Notes: generated by a model not told the origin, from the letters alone. A stretch of DNA of 64,000 nt from Eledone cirrhosa (GCA_964016885.1 OZ024740.1:272304001-272368000), one strand, 5' to 3'; positions 1 to 13,178 are shown, counted from the first letter of the stretch. Numbers and translations are program-made.

Positions 1-170
1 GGGAGGGGAAAGTCGATTAAATCGACTCCAGTGCGTGACTGGTACTTTATTTAATCGACCCCTTAAGGATAAAAGGCAAAGTTAACCCCGGCGGGATTTG
101 AACTCTGATCATGCTGCAAAGCATGGCGTCCGACCCTCTACCGATACTGACAATCCACCGCCTTCCACTG
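1..170 (-). mobile_element. tRNA-derived SINE (family with central GCCTTTCATCCTTACGGGGTCGATAAAATAAAGTACCAG domain), truncated by window edge
   Basis: Minus strand has A-box/B-box-like head (TGTCAGTATCGGTAGAG...GAGTTCAAATCCC) plus the central domain shared with many copies in the window. Confidence 0.85.
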
Positions 171-1115
171 CCAACAACAATAATAACAACCAAACGAAGG
201 ATTCATAAAGGGCCGTAACTCTATGCTGCTCATATCATAAAGGGCCGTAACTCTATGCTGCAAAGCATGGCGTCCGACCCTCTACTGCCAATACTGCCAA
301 TCCACCTCCCTAAGAAGTAGTAGTTAAAGAAGAAGAAGAAGAAGAACAACAACAACAATAACAAAAAGAAAAAGAAGAAAGTAAGTGCATCTAAAACTTT
401 TTGCTTAAATACGAACTCACGACTCAGAAACTGTGAGCTGAAAGGGGAGAGAAGAGCGAATGACATTTTATCTATTTGGACAATTGAATTCCCGCCTCTG
501 TTCCATATAATAATTCTTAGATACAATAACATCTTAACATTGTATAAGGTAGAGACACATGCGAGTGTTTCCAAAACGTTATAGAGCGTTGGGAATGTTT
601 AAATTACGACCGCTCAATGAATTGTGGCTGGTTTGATGGTATTTACTCATATTTAACCAATAGCTACACACAAAGATGGGTCACACGAGAGCCACAAATC
701 ATTCCCTTTTAGCTGAAGAACCCATCATTCCCCCAGCATTGACTGTACTTTAAGAGGCGGCAACATATATGAATCAATGCAAAAGACTGCAGAAGAATTT
801 TCTCCAAATACAGTTGTGATTACTTTGCATCCAAATCACTATTACAGTTAATGAGCTGTAAAGTGGCAAGGATCTAAATTTACTGTTATCCAAGGAATAA
901 CATCTGTAGTGGTGGACTTTTGGCAGAGAGCGTTCGTTCTTAATTCAGTCGCTGAAGCTGCAGCAGTAGATCTTTTATCAAACAACCTCGGTAACACAAT
1001 ATACCGCAACGAATAGCGTCACACATATGTACACTCGCATGCATGTACACACATACACAAATACCTACACACACACACACACACGCACGCACCAAACACA
1101 TATATATATACATAC

Positions 1116-1165
<50 letters not shown>

Positions 1166-1231
1166 TATATATATATGTATATATATACTCACACACACAC
1201 ATATATATATGTATATATATGTATATATATG

Positions 1232-1286
<55 letters not shown>

Positions 1287-1400
1287 CACATACCACTCAC
1301 ACACATATACATATGTGAATAAATATATGTATATTCATATATGTATATATATTTATATATAATATATATATATGCGTGTGTATGTGTGTGGTGTTGTGTG

Positions 1401-1506
<106 letters not shown>

Positions 1507-1538
1507 GCACACACACAGACATATATATATATATAAAT

Positions 1539-1594
<56 letters not shown>

Positions 1595-1944
1595 GACTGT
1601 ATATGCACACACATTCGTACATATGATTGTGCTGTGTGCATGTGTTCAGGTGTTCAGGTGTGCATGTGTGCATGTGTGCATGTGTGCATGTGTGCATGTG
1701 TGCATGTGTGCATCTGCAGTCTTATTGAAATTGTTCTCTGTATCTAGGCATCGTTCGTTTCAGTTAATGTGTTGTGGGTTTTGATTGATAGTTAGACATA
1801 GTGACAGTGAGATAGACAGACCTAAGAGACACGGAGATGTCATTGACGCTTAGCTGGGAACATATTTTCTTGAGATGGACGTATTTTAGCAGTTGGCGTG
1901 GGAAAACTGACGTAAACAGTGGCGTGTATTGCCTGCAATAATGA

Positions 1945-2003
1945 ATGTATATGTATGACTGTGTATGTGTGTGTATGAGTGTGTATGTGTTGACGAGAGC
2001 TAA

Positions 2004-2036
<33 letters not shown>

Positions 2037-2050
2037 GTGTGTGTGCGTGC

Positions 2051-2082
<32 letters not shown>

Positions 2083-2327
2083 ATCAGTGTGTCTATCTTT
2101 GTCACAGAGTTTGTATGTATGTATGTATGTATGTATGTATGTATGTATGTATGTATGTATGTATGTTTGTATGTATGTATGTATGTGTGCATGTACGTGT
2201 GTGTATGAATGTATGTATGTATGTATGTATGTATGTATGTATGTATGATTGTATGAATGTATGTATGTATGTAACCGTGTATGAGTGTGTATGTGTTGAT
2301 GAGAGCTAATGTGTGTGTGTGTGTGTA

Positions 2328-2371
<44 letters not shown>

Positions 2372-2557
2372 TGTGTATGTGTATCAGTGTGTCTATGTTT
2401 GTCACAGAGTTTGTATGTATGTATGTATGTATGTATGTATGTATGTATGTATGTATGTATGTATGTATGTATGTATGTATGTATGTATGTATGTATGTAT
2501 GAATGAATGTTTGTATGTATTCATGCATACATTTATGTATGTATGTATGTATGTATG

Positions 2558-2588
<31 letters not shown>

Positions 2589-2649
2589 CTGTGTATGAGT
2601 GTGTATGTGTTGATGAGAGCTAATGTGTGTGTGTGTGTGTATGTATGTA

Positions 2650-2680
<31 letters not shown>

Positions 2681-3066
2681 ATCAGTGTGTCTATCTTTGT
2701 CACAGAGTTTGTATGTATGTATGTATGTATGTATGTATGTATGTATGTATGTATGTATGTATGTATGTATGTATGTATTCATGCATACATTTATGTATGT
2801 ATGTATGTAACTGTGTATGAGTGTGTATGTGTTGATGAGAGCTAATGTGTGTGTGTGTGTATGTATGTGTGCGTGTGTGTGTATCAGTGTGTCTATCTTT
2901 GTCACAGAGTTTGTATGTATGTATGAATGTATGAATGTATGAATGTATGTATGTATTCATGCATACATTTATGTATGTATGTATGTATGTATGTATGTAT
3001 GTATGTATGTATGTATGTATGTATGTATGTATGTATGTAGCTATGTATCTATGCGTGTATATATGT
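1945..3066. repeat. Compound (GTAT)n/(GT)n tandem array with ~4 higher-order units
   Basis: Anchors GTTGATGAGAGCTAATG and ATCAGTGTGTCTATCTTTGTCACAGAGTT each recur four times between variable-length microsatellites. Confidence 0.9.
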
Positions 3067-4512
3067 AGGTCTTTCCATGACGACATGAAGGCTTGGGTTA
3101 ATGTCGGAGGTAACATGTCGGAGCCTATCTCAGTAAAAAATGGAGTGAAACAGGGGGATATTCCAGCACCGACCCTGTTTGCCATATACTTTGCAATGGT
3201 TTTCTGTATTGCATTCAGGAATTGCGAGCATGGTGTTTACATCCGATATCGAACCTCAGGCAGCATATTTAACATCAGGCGCTTTGCTGCGAAGACAAAA
3301 GTATTTACATCAGTCATAAGAGACCTCTTGTATGCAGATGATTGCGATCTTGTAGCGCACACAGAGAGTGATATGCAGCACATTTTGAATGTATTTTCTG
3401 ACGCTTGCACTGCCCTGGGTTTGACTGTCAGTCTCAAGAAAACCGTCGTCATGTACCAACCTGCACCTGGTAGGCAGTACACTGAACCAAACATCTATGT
3501 GTATGGCAAACGACTTGGAGTGGTTGATCAGTTTGTCTACCTGGGAAGCACTGTCAATCGATACGGCAACCTTGACAGTGAAATCTCACTTAGGATTAGG
3601 AAAGCAAGTGATGCTTTCGGAAAGCTAGAAAGGCGACTCTGGGGTCGGCGAGACATATGCAGGAGGACAAAGGTAAAGGTGTACAGGGCATGTGTACTCT
3701 CTTGTCTTCTTTATGCCTGCGAGACCTGGGTCACATATCGACGCCACCTTAAGCAATTGGAGCGTTTCCATCAGATGTGTCTCAGACGGATACATGGCGT
3801 TCACTGGAGGGACCACATCAGTGATGTCGAGATTTTGGAAAGCTCTATGTGTGACAGTATAGAAGCTCTTGTGCTTAAGCAGCGACTCCGTTGGAGTGGT
3901 CACCTTGCCAGGATGAAGGATTCTAGAATACCAAAACAACTCTTCTATGGAGAGTTGGTTAAAGGAAAACGACCGCCACATAAACCAAAAAAGAGGTATA
4001 AGGATTCCTTGAAGGCCTCTCTGGGAGACGCTAACATCTCTGCTGATACATGGGAAAATGTTGCTGCTGATCGTAATAAATGGAGAAAGACTGTATATGA
4101 GGGAAAAGTTGCCTTTGAGGCATCTCGAATCGCACACGAGAAAGTAAAGCGGGACGTGAGGAAGGGTATTGCTGTTGCACTTCCAGACGGCGAGGGTCCT
4201 CCTATGTTTCTGACATGCAGCGTCTGTGCGAGACTCTGCCTAAGCAAAGCTGGACTCGAAAGTCATCTTCGCAGTCATAAAGTAAGACCAGTGGTTGACT
4301 ACCAGGCTGCTGTTGGAGATGCTACTCATCATGCTTGCCAAACATGTGGTAGAGAATGTAAATCAGCAGGAGGACTCAAGCGACATGCAAAAGTACACGA
4401 ACTCCAACCACAGCCGACTATTCCCAGTAAATGTTTTGGTTGCCGACTCTGTGCAAGACATTTTGGATCATTGGCTGGGCTAAAAAGCCACATTCGATCG
4501 CAGCACTGTTAG
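3067..4512 (+). CDS. RTE-clade LINE ORF, 5'-truncated: reverse transcriptase C-terminal part plus three C2H2 zinc fingers
   Basis: GVKQGDIPAPTLF, LLYADD, FVYLGS, LLYACETW, LRWSGHLARM motifs; fingers CSVC..HLRSH, CQTC..HAKVH, CRLC..HIRSQH; the listed ORF N-terminus (2935-3066) is microsatellite. Confidence 0.93.
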   Translation, partial: RSFHDDMKAWVNVGGNMSEPISVKNGVKQGDIPAPTLFAIYFAMVFCIAFRNCEHGVYIRYRTSGSIFNIRRFAAKTKVFTSVIRDLLYADDCDLVAHTESDMQHILNVFSDACTALGLTVSLKKTVVMYQPAPGRQYTEPNIYVYGKRLGVVDQFVYLGSTVNRYGNLDSEISLRIRKASDAFGKLERRLWGRRDICRRTKVKVYRACVLSCLLYACETWVTYRRHLKQLERFHQMCLRRIHGVHWRDHISDVEILESSMCDSIEALVLKQRLRWSGHLARMKDSRIPKQLFYGELVKGKRPPHKPKKRYKDSLKASLGDANISADTWENVAADRNKWRKTVYEGKVAFEASRIAHEKVKRDVRKGIAVALPDGEGPPMFLTCSVCARLCLSKAGLESHLRSHKVRPVVDYQAAVGDATHHACQTCGRECKSAGGLKRHAKVHELQPQPTIPSKCFGCRLCARHFGSLAGLKSHIRSQHC

Positions 4513-4631
4513 TTGCTATCGTGTGTTTGTGTGTGTGTGTGTGTGTAGATATGCTTATGTGCGTGCGTGTGTGTGTATATATATATGAATATGTATATTA
4601 TTATTGTTGTTGTCGTTATTATTATTATTGC

Positions 4632-4674
<43 letters not shown>

Positions 4675-4796
4675 GTTATTAATGTATGTGTGTATATATG
4701 TGTGAGTGTATGTGTATGTATGTGTGTGTGTATATATGTATGTATGTGTATGTATGTGTGTGTGTATATATATGTGTATGTATATATATGTGTATA

Positions 4797-4829
<33 letters not shown>

Positions 4830-4830
4830 C

Positions 4831-4861
<31 letters not shown>

Positions 4862-4863
4862 TT

Positions 4864-4920
<57 letters not shown>

Positions 4921-5216
4921 TTTTTTTTTTTTTTTTTATTGTGCAATGGCCATACTCGATAACGAGGGGGCAGCCATCATATATGTAGCTATGTATGTAT
5001 GTATGTACGTATGTATGTATGCATGTATGTATGTGCCTATGTGAGTGTGTGAAGTAATGAAAGGAAGACGTATAATGCTCTATACATTTATTGAATTGCT
5101 ATATAGGTACACACACACACGAACTGTATGGATATATGTATGACAAATCACATCCACATACACTGTAGTAAGTTTGTATATATGCATAAGCAAAGTGGTA
5201 TATCTATCTATCTATC

Positions 5217-5457
5217 TAAGGCGGGTAAAATTCCCGAGATCCATGGACGAGTTCTCTCCAGCGGTCTCTGTCCCTCATTATCACTGCCATGTCCTGCATC
5301 TCCAACAGACCAGTGTCTGTCCTTAGGGCATCAACATACGTTAACCTTGGTCTTCCTCTTCTAGTGTGTCCATGTAGGGGCTCCCAAAGGAGCACTGAGT
5401 GCAATGTCAACTCTGGATGTCGGTGAGCATGTCCAGCCAACCTCAGTCTCCTCTGTG
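5217..5457 (-). mobile_element. RTE-like LINE 3' fragment
   Basis: QRRLRLAGHAHRHPE..LLWEPLHG..RGRPRLTYVD; near-identical to 44140-44483. Confidence 0.85.
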
Positions 5458-5472
5458 GTATATATATATATA

Positions 5473-5813
5473 TAAGTATGTATGTATACGTACATACACA
5501 TTTGTATACAGATGTACAGTAGCATAAGTGGTATATATATATATATATAAGTATGTATGTATACGTACATACACATATGTATACAGACGTACAGTAGCAT
5601 GTATATATATACATACATGCACACATATATATATATATGCACGTATCGGTTTACCGAACATTTATTATAATGCTCGGTTTGTTTGTAAACAAACAAACAG
5701 CCCGAATTACGCCGTACAGTGTTTAGGCAACCACGTCACCTTTTTGTTCAACACTGACATAGGAACACTGCCGTACTAAGAGTGAGAAATAAAATTTCGT
5801 TTCATTCTATTCC

Positions 5814-5817
<4 letters not shown>
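5473..5817. mobile_element. Family A (422-bp retrozyme-like unit) partial copy with inverted tail
   Basis: Homologous to the 24568-27225 unit; switches orientation at 5770/5771. Confidence 0.85.
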
Positions 5818-5855
<38 letters not shown>

Positions 5856-5857
<2 letters not shown>

Positions 5858-6050
5858 CAAAGGAATTGTGGTAAGGAACCAGATGGCCCATAACGCACCA
5901 GAGTACTCAATACTTAGGGTAGTAGAGTGGGAAATAGGAAAAAGTATGATCCCGACGGCAGAGCACAAGCCGTTTCGACCGCTATTTCTGGACTCCAGAA
6001 ATAGCCGTCGAAACGGCTTGAGCTCTGCCGTCGGGGTCATACTTTTTCCT
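5856..6050. mobile_element. Family B fold-back element in (TA)n carrying the 3' half of a hammerhead
   Basis: Inverted arms about ~5993; GAAACGGCTTGAGCTCTGCCGTC; other copies at 18745-18970, 24091-24270, 45549-45682, 55730-55817. Confidence 0.8.
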
Positions 6051-6228
6051 ATATATATATATAAACAAAGCGGTTGACTTAATAAGCATTTGAGATTATT
6101 TGAAATGCGGTTGACTTAATAAGCATTTGAGATTATTTGAAATGTGTCCTTCTCTGCGCAAATGACAATAACAATAGTTGATCACTATAAACAATAGTTA
6201 GTCATTTGCGTTTGAACGCACACAGTTT

Positions 6229-6326
<98 letters not shown>

Positions 6327-6467
6327 CACACACACAGACGCACACGCACACACACACACACACACATAGGCAAAATCTAACACACAATACTAAAGTAACG
6401 AAAGAACTAACAGGTTGAAAAGAAATATATATATATATGTATAGGAAAAGAATCGGGACCCCGGCGG

Positions 6468-6498
<31 letters not shown>

Positions 6499-6501
<3 letters not shown>

Positions 6502-6612
6502 TTGAAAAAAATGAAAACGAAATTTCATTTCTCACTCTTAGTATGGCACTTACTTAAATGTAAGTATGTATGTATACGTACATACATATATGTATACAGA
6601 CGTACAGTAGCA

Positions 6613-6666
<54 letters not shown>

Positions 6667-6965
6667 CAGGTACACATACATATATGCACGCATCAGTTTA
6701 GCGGACGCTTATTATAACGCCGCTTTGTTCGTTTGTAAACAAACTGAACAACCTGAATTTATGCCATACGGTGTTAAGGCAACCACGTCACCTTTTTGTT
6801 CAACACTGACACAGGAACGATGTACTAGTTTCAAGCTTGTTAGCTATCATCAGCACCGTATACCCATCTGCCAGATAGTTGAACGTTCGAAAGTATATAC
6901 TTTCCTTATGAAAATTAACGGCTGAGCAGCTGATGCGTGCATATATGTATGTGTACCTGTATATA

Positions 6966-6998
<33 letters not shown>

Positions 6999-7080
6999 GC
7001 ATGCTACTGTACGTCTGTATACGTATATGTATGTACGTATACATACATACTTACATTTAAGTAAGTGCCATACTAAGAGA
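6499..7080. mobile_element. Family A copy with inverted segment
   Basis: One orientation 6499-6930, opposite orientation ~6934-7080. Confidence 0.88.
6817..6859 (-). ncRNA. Type I hammerhead ribozyme motif (family A)
   Basis: acggug CUGAUGA u agcu aaca agcu u GAAAC UA GUA caucgu. Confidence 0.85.
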
Positions 7081-7302
7081 ATCAGTGTTGCGACAAATGG
7101 AATTTATTGGACATATTACAATCGTTTCTCTGGTGACCAGCTCGAGGCGAATCTGCTTCGTAGAATCAAGACGTATCAGAAAAACCTTGCGATTTTCAGA
7201 GTCAGGTTCGATCATCACATCGATCGTGCCTCGAGCTGATCGCCAGAGAAACGATTGTAATATGTCCTATAAATTCCATTCGTCGCAACACTGATTCTCT
7301 TT
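7077..7302. repeat. Fold-back element (~70-bp inverted arms), probable PLE terminus
   Basis: 7077-7148 is the reverse complement of ~7227-7302; contains a GAAAC-GATT-GTA half-core. Confidence 0.65.
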
Positions 7303-8205
7303 TTTTCTGTGATATCATACTCTGCTCTATGAGAGCATCGAGTGCTCAAACGGCCTATATATATATATATTGGAAAATGTGTGTAATCCTTGGTAGAGTT
7401 AGGTATATTAAGACAGGGGGGAAGAAAAAATGGCTTCACTTGTGCTTTCAACAAATTTATTTTCTTCACAAAATCCAAAAAGAATTTTTTTCCGGATTAG
7501 AAAAAATTTTCTTTTTTCTTAAAAAGTTGTTGGTTGTTGGTTAGGAGTTCTTGGTTAACGTAGGAGGTATTGTTTCGTTTTTAGAACGACCTTTCACGCT
7601 GAGGTGCGCTTGTCAAACTGATGTGTATGTGGTGTGTTGTTCTATATATAGGGATTTAACATGTCTGTGGTGTGGTGGGGTTTTATTTTCTCTCCCCCTT
7701 TAATAAGTGTATGGGTGTAGGTGTTAATAGCAGTAATGAGTTGAGACGGTGAGTAGGGTTGGGTGGGGAGAAATGTAGCAAGTGCGGCCTGCCACGGTCA
7801 TTCTCGAAAAATTCCTTTATTCAGGGGAAAAAGCTTTTAGTATTCCTTTGTGTGTAGAATGGTCACAGGCAAATCGCACCTGCCAAGTTTGTAAACAATT
7901 ATTTTTTTCTGAAGAATTTTTCTACGTCCATCCCAAAATTAGTCCTTTGTTCAACACACACATATGTGCGTATATACGTACATACACACACGGGCATATG
8001 TAGGAATATATAGGCACACACCATCAATCACACACCCATGTACATATACATCCACATACATACACAAAAACATATAAAGACACATATAAAAACACATATA
8101 CACATACGTACACACACGAATATGTACTCATACCTCCACATGGGTATATATATATATACATACATACATATACATACATATACACACATAAAGATACATA
8201 ACTAA

Positions 8206-8270
<65 letters not shown>

Positions 8271-8363
8271 TACACACACACACACACACACACACACCTA
8301 TACATATGTCCGTATATATACCTCCGTTAACACATACATGCATACACACACACACATACACAC

Positions 8364-8395
<32 letters not shown>

Positions 8396-8399
8396 GCAT

Positions 8400-8448
<49 letters not shown>

Positions 8449-8479
8449 CATATATATATATATATATAGAGAGAGAGGC

Positions 8480-8532
<53 letters not shown>

Positions 8533-8915
8533 CATATATATATATATATACATATATGTACACATAAACACATACAGACACATACATACATATACACATA
8601 TATATCTATCTATATATACACATATATATATATATACATGCATACACATACACATACACATACAAATACATATATATACACACATACACACATATATATA
8701 TATATATATATACACACATACAAACATAAACACATCTATACATATATATACACACACATACATACACCCACATACATATATACCCACACGAACATACATC
8801 CATACATACCTACACACATATATGTGTGTGTCTCACCGTTCACTCAGATATTCATGTGTACACATAAGAAGAGGGGGGGGGGTAGTGAAATGGAATTTTA
8901 CCTCCGAGTGTTAAT

Positions 8916-9455
8916 TCATTTTTTCGTGTTCAGTAGTGGTTTAAATTTTTCAATGAAGAATTCTTCTTTATATCTGCGGAAATGTTCGTTATCCGACCAT
9001 ATCTTGAAGAAAGGGAAGATTGTGAATTTTCCCTCCCCGCATGATGCAAAGTGTGCGCTACATGTGGTATTTCTGACTGTGGGGTCTTTAATTTGTTGTT
9101 TATGTACCCGGACTCTATCATGTAATCCCGTTCCGGTTTCCCCAATGTAATACTCTTTACACTGTGGACATGTTGCGCAATATATTAGGTTTTTCGTTTT
9201 GCAGTTCATGTTTGCATTGACCTTGAAATTATCATGGTTTTTGAAGGACAACTGTTTGCCCTCTTCGATGAGTTCACAGGTTCCACATCTAGGGTCCCCG
9301 CATTTCGTCACTTGCATTGATTCCATGTTGGTCGTAAATTTTGCCTTGGTAATTAGTTTTTTAAGGTTGGGTGCTTGGCTTCTGCTATAAATTATCTGCG
9401 TGATTTTTAAGAGTGCATTCATTTTGGTAGATTGCTGTAGAATCGGGAGATACTG
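8916..9455 (-). mobile_element. Penelope-like element fragment, GIY-YIG endonuclease with Cys-rich linker
   Basis: CGDPRCGTC, NLIYCATCPQCKEYYIGETG..RVRVH, EEFFIEKFKPLLN; 5' end abuts (TA)n. Confidence 0.9.
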
Positions 9456-9611
9456 CTTATATATATATATATTAGAAAGTAAGGTTTTTTTTTTTTACAA
9501 AATGAAAAATAACCGAGGTGTCCTACACGAGTGAAAGTATAAAGAAAAAGAGATGAAATCGAAAATGCAACTGGAGTCTTATTTAAAAAAAAAATATATA
9601 TTTATTTGGTT

Positions 9612-9649
9612 CCTTTACCGGTTTCGCAGTTCTTCTGCTTTTCAAAAGG
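9612..9649 (-). ncRNA. Degenerate Type I hammerhead
   Basis: ccuu UUGAAAA gcag aagaa cugc GAAAC CG GUA aagg: all stems intact, two core substitutions. Confidence 0.6.
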
Positions 9650-9667
9650 TGAGTTGAGATGGAGGGT

Positions 9668-9996
9668 CTTATTAAAATAACATATTAAAGTTTAAGCGAA
9701 GAATCGCTGCGTTCACCCTTAACGGGATCTTTTGAAACTAACAAAGTCAATCTGTAAACGCAGAAGTGGATATTTCAAAAAACGTTGCAACCGGAGGAAG
9801 ACAGGAAGACGATACTTTGGTTCGTGGAAACGTTCCCTGGCAAATAACGGGAAAAAACGAATATAATACGTCATTAATAGGAGCAGTGAAAAACAATTAC
9901 ACGCAAAGACAGAACCACGTTGTTAGTTTCAGAAGATCCCGTTAAGGGTGAAAGCACCGATTCTTTGCTTAAACTTTAATCTGTTATTTTAATAAA
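9668..9996. repeat. Diverged inverted repeat (~75-bp arms)
   Basis: 9668-9745 vs 9918-9996 are reverse-complementary. Confidence 0.7.
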
Positions 9997-10082
9997 TATT
10001 TGTTCTACGGTTCTTATATATTCGATATATATTTATCCTTCTCGAGCCCTCTTTGGATTTTAGTCTTCAAATTTATTATTAT

Positions 10083-10150
<68 letters not shown>

Positions 10151-10181
10151 AGATCAAAAGATGGTTAAAGGAGTTCCATGT

Positions 10182-10250
10182 ATTTTATTATGCGCATTTC
10201 AAAAACAAACATCATCATGCAATAATATTTGTGTTTTCATCAGATAAAAC
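10182..10250 (-). ncRNA. Type I hammerhead (family C, PLE 3' UTR)
   Basis: Reverse complement of 12543-12611. Confidence 0.8.
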
Positions 10251-11154
10251 AGGAGAACATGATATGAAGGCTAAAAAACACTTGTGGATAGTGCAGTTTT
10301 AAATCAACATATGAAAAGTGGTTTTAGATTGATGTGTGATATTGGGAAAAATATTTTATTTAGAGAGGGGGGTGGAAAGGATGAAAAAGGGGAGGAGATG
10401 AGAGGGAGAGATGGGTGATAGAGAGAAAGAAAGAGATAGTTTTTATAACTGAGAGGAGATATATTGTTTTACATAGAGAGGTTGAAAACCGTTGGAAGAT
10501 AATGTATAAATTAAAAATTTGAAATTAACGAAGAGAGGATATGTGCGAGGAAAGAATATTTTATTTATGGAGGGGGGGGTGTGTGTGTGGAAAGGATGGA
10601 AAAAGGGGGAGGAGATGAGAGTGAAGGTGGAGAGGGAGAGATGGGTGATAGAGAGAAAGAGATAGTTTTTATAACTGAGAAAAAGATATATTGTTTTACA
10701 TAAATTAAAGGAATTTGAAAATTAACGAAGGGAATTTATGTATGAAGATAGAGAGAAAAAATAATAATTGTGGATGAATATTCTAACGTCAAAAAAAGTG
10801 TGTGTTGATAAGTATTGTGGCAATTTCAAAATTAACGAAGAGAAAAATTATTAAGGTTTGTGTGTAGAAGGATTTGAGAAAAATAATGTGAAGTTAAAGT
10901 TTGTATATTGAAGGAATTGATAATATATGCGAATAAATAGTTAATATGTATTAAGAATGAGTTCGTTGATGGGGAGAAAAAATAATAAATTAAGGATGAA
11001 ATTGAGATTAAAAAGATTTATGATAGAGAGAAAAAATATGCGGATGAATATTCTAACGTCAAAAAAATAAATGTATATGTTATGAAGGATTTTACAAGGT
11101 GAAGATAGAATGAGGGTAATGAGTAAACAAGTATTATAGAGTGTATAATGCCCT

Positions 11155-12365
11155 TTAAAGTAAGGTGGGAAGATGGGTATATTTTAAAGAGGTGTATGTA
11201 TATGTGCCTTTGAGAAAAGATTCTAAATTGATAAAGAATTGAATATTAACTGTATACTTTGTGAAAAGTCCTATGAATTTATGGAGGCAGATAGAAAATA
11301 AATCTGTACGTCTATTTATTATAGAATCTAGGTTAGAGATAATGGTAAATTTTTCATTTAGGCAGAGATTACAGATTTTAGATAGAGAGCTGTTCAAGTA
11401 TGAGGATGCAGAAGAAACCTTCTTCCAAAAGATGGTATATTTAATGTTTTTGCCTTTTAAGGACCATATGAGTTCTGAGAGAGCAGTGTTGGTTCTTTTA
11501 AGTTTGTATTTGAAAGATGAATGATGATTATAGAGACGAGCTTTAAAAGAGGTGGAAGTGGAGCCAAAATAGGTGAAGGAATTGGTGCTAGTTATAATTT
11601 TACATTCATAAATTAAGTTTTTATCGAGACAATGGTTGTTGAGAGGACATTTATTTTTAATGCGGCAGTTGCAATTAGAGAGATTATTAATGAGTGACCT
11701 AGTGTTATCTATAGAAGGAATTGGATTGGAGAAGTTGTTTGCGATAGGAATAATAGGAATAATAGTTTCTTGATTTAGAGTTGGATTATGAACATTTAGC
11801 GAAGTTGTGTTTGACGGTGTATTTGTGTTTACAGAAGTTAGCCTAGGGTTTACAATGACGTCGGGAGTACTATTACTGTTATTATGAAATTCAATGTTGG
11901 AAGGAAGAGATTTAGTATTTAGTATTTTATTGTTGTGTTTAGAGATGATGTTGGAAATATTGGAGGATGTAGAATAAGAAAATTTGATGGTGTGTTTGTT
12001 AAATATTTTACTATAGATATGTGAGGGAGGGAAGCATTTATTTAAGGCACTAAAAAATAATTTAGGAATATTGTTATTAATAGAGATGGAGAAAGGAGCA
12101 TTATACCAGATTATGTTTTTGTATCTAGGTCTTTTATTGAAATTATTGGAATGATCATGATTAATTATTCTACTGTAAGTTTTTCTAGAATTTGTTTCTT
12201 TACTATATTTGATTTTATCTGGATAGCCGGCTTTAGAAAGTGCGTTATTATAGTAATTGGCGTTAGCATCAAAGATGTTTTTATTAGAGGATATGTTAGA
12301 TATTCTTTTTCCAATATTACTAACTATAGCATTCTTGATATTGGTAGGATGGTTAGATTTAAAGT
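11155..12365 (-). CDS. PLE polyprotein C-terminus: RT thumb region plus GIY-YIG endonuclease
   Basis: KSNHP, IIWYNAPFS, KIFNKHTIKFSYS, CNCRIKNKCPLNNHC, LIYECKI..YFGST..FKARLYNH, CNLCLNEK. Confidence 0.88.
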
Positions 12366-12542
12366 TCTCTCTATCACCCATCTCTCCCTCTCATCTCCTC
12401 CCCTTTTTCATCCTTTCCACCCCCTCTCTCTAAATAAAATATTTTCCCCAATATCACACATCAATCTAAAACCACTTTTCATATGTTGATTTAAAACTGC
12501 ACTATCCACAAGTGTTTTTTAGCCTTCATATCATGTTCTCCT

Positions 12543-12611
12543 GTTTTATCTGATGAAAACACAAATATTATTGCATGATGATGTTTGTTTTTGAAATGCG
12601 CATAATAAAAT
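12543..12611 (+). ncRNA. Type I hammerhead (family C)
   Basis: guuuuau CUGAUGA [aaacac..guuuguuuuu] GAAA U GCGC AUA auaaaau; palindromic stem III AUGCGCAU. Confidence 0.8.
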
Positions 12612-12731
12612 ACATGGAACTCCTTTAACCATCTTTTGATCTTATATTATGTATACTCCAGTCCTTCAAACTGTAGAGTGCTTCTTATCCGATATCTGCA
12701 TTGCTTTATTGTACTACAATAAAACTCACCT

Positions 12732-12777
<46 letters not shown>

Positions 12778-12781
<4 letters not shown>

Positions 12782-13178
12782 AGACGTAAAATAAGAAAAT
12801 TATAAAATTAACTTACTTACTAAAATATCACTTCCAACTAATTAGTTTCTGGAATGGAGTAAATATATTTTCCGAAGAATAATATAGGGAAGCATTCCGT
12901 CGTCATTCCAAGCCATTGAGAAAATCAGTGATTTTCTCAATGGCTTGGAATTCAGTCCACGCTTCGCTATTTCCTATCCACTGAATTATTTTTTAATAAG
13001 TTTCCAGTGTCCTCGCTTTGCCTGGAAACTTACATGAGAATAGACTTTCCTGACGACGGAATGCTTCTCTATATTATTCTTCGGAAAATATATTTACTCC
13101 ATTCCAGAAACTAATTAGTTGGAAGTGATATTTTAGTAAGTAAGTTAATTTTATAATTTTCTTATTTTACGTCTCTTA
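12778..13178. mobile_element. Fold-back HHR element (family D)
   Basis: 12778-12905 is the reverse complement of ~13051-13178; internal hairpin 12906-12950; left flank (TA)n. Confidence 0.8.
13044..13126 (+). ncRNA. Type I hammerhead (family D)
   Basis: acuuuc CUGACGA c ggaaug..cauucc a GAAAC UAAUUA GUU ggaagu. Confidence 0.8.

Larger units (their letters stand above)
10143..12733 (-). mobile_element. Penelope-like element (family C; Naiad-like), 5'-truncated with inverted terminal duplication, in (TA)n
   Basis: Contains ORF 11155-12381; ~10143-10427 is the reverse complement of ~12366-12650; both ends flanked by (TA)n. Confidence 0.9.
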
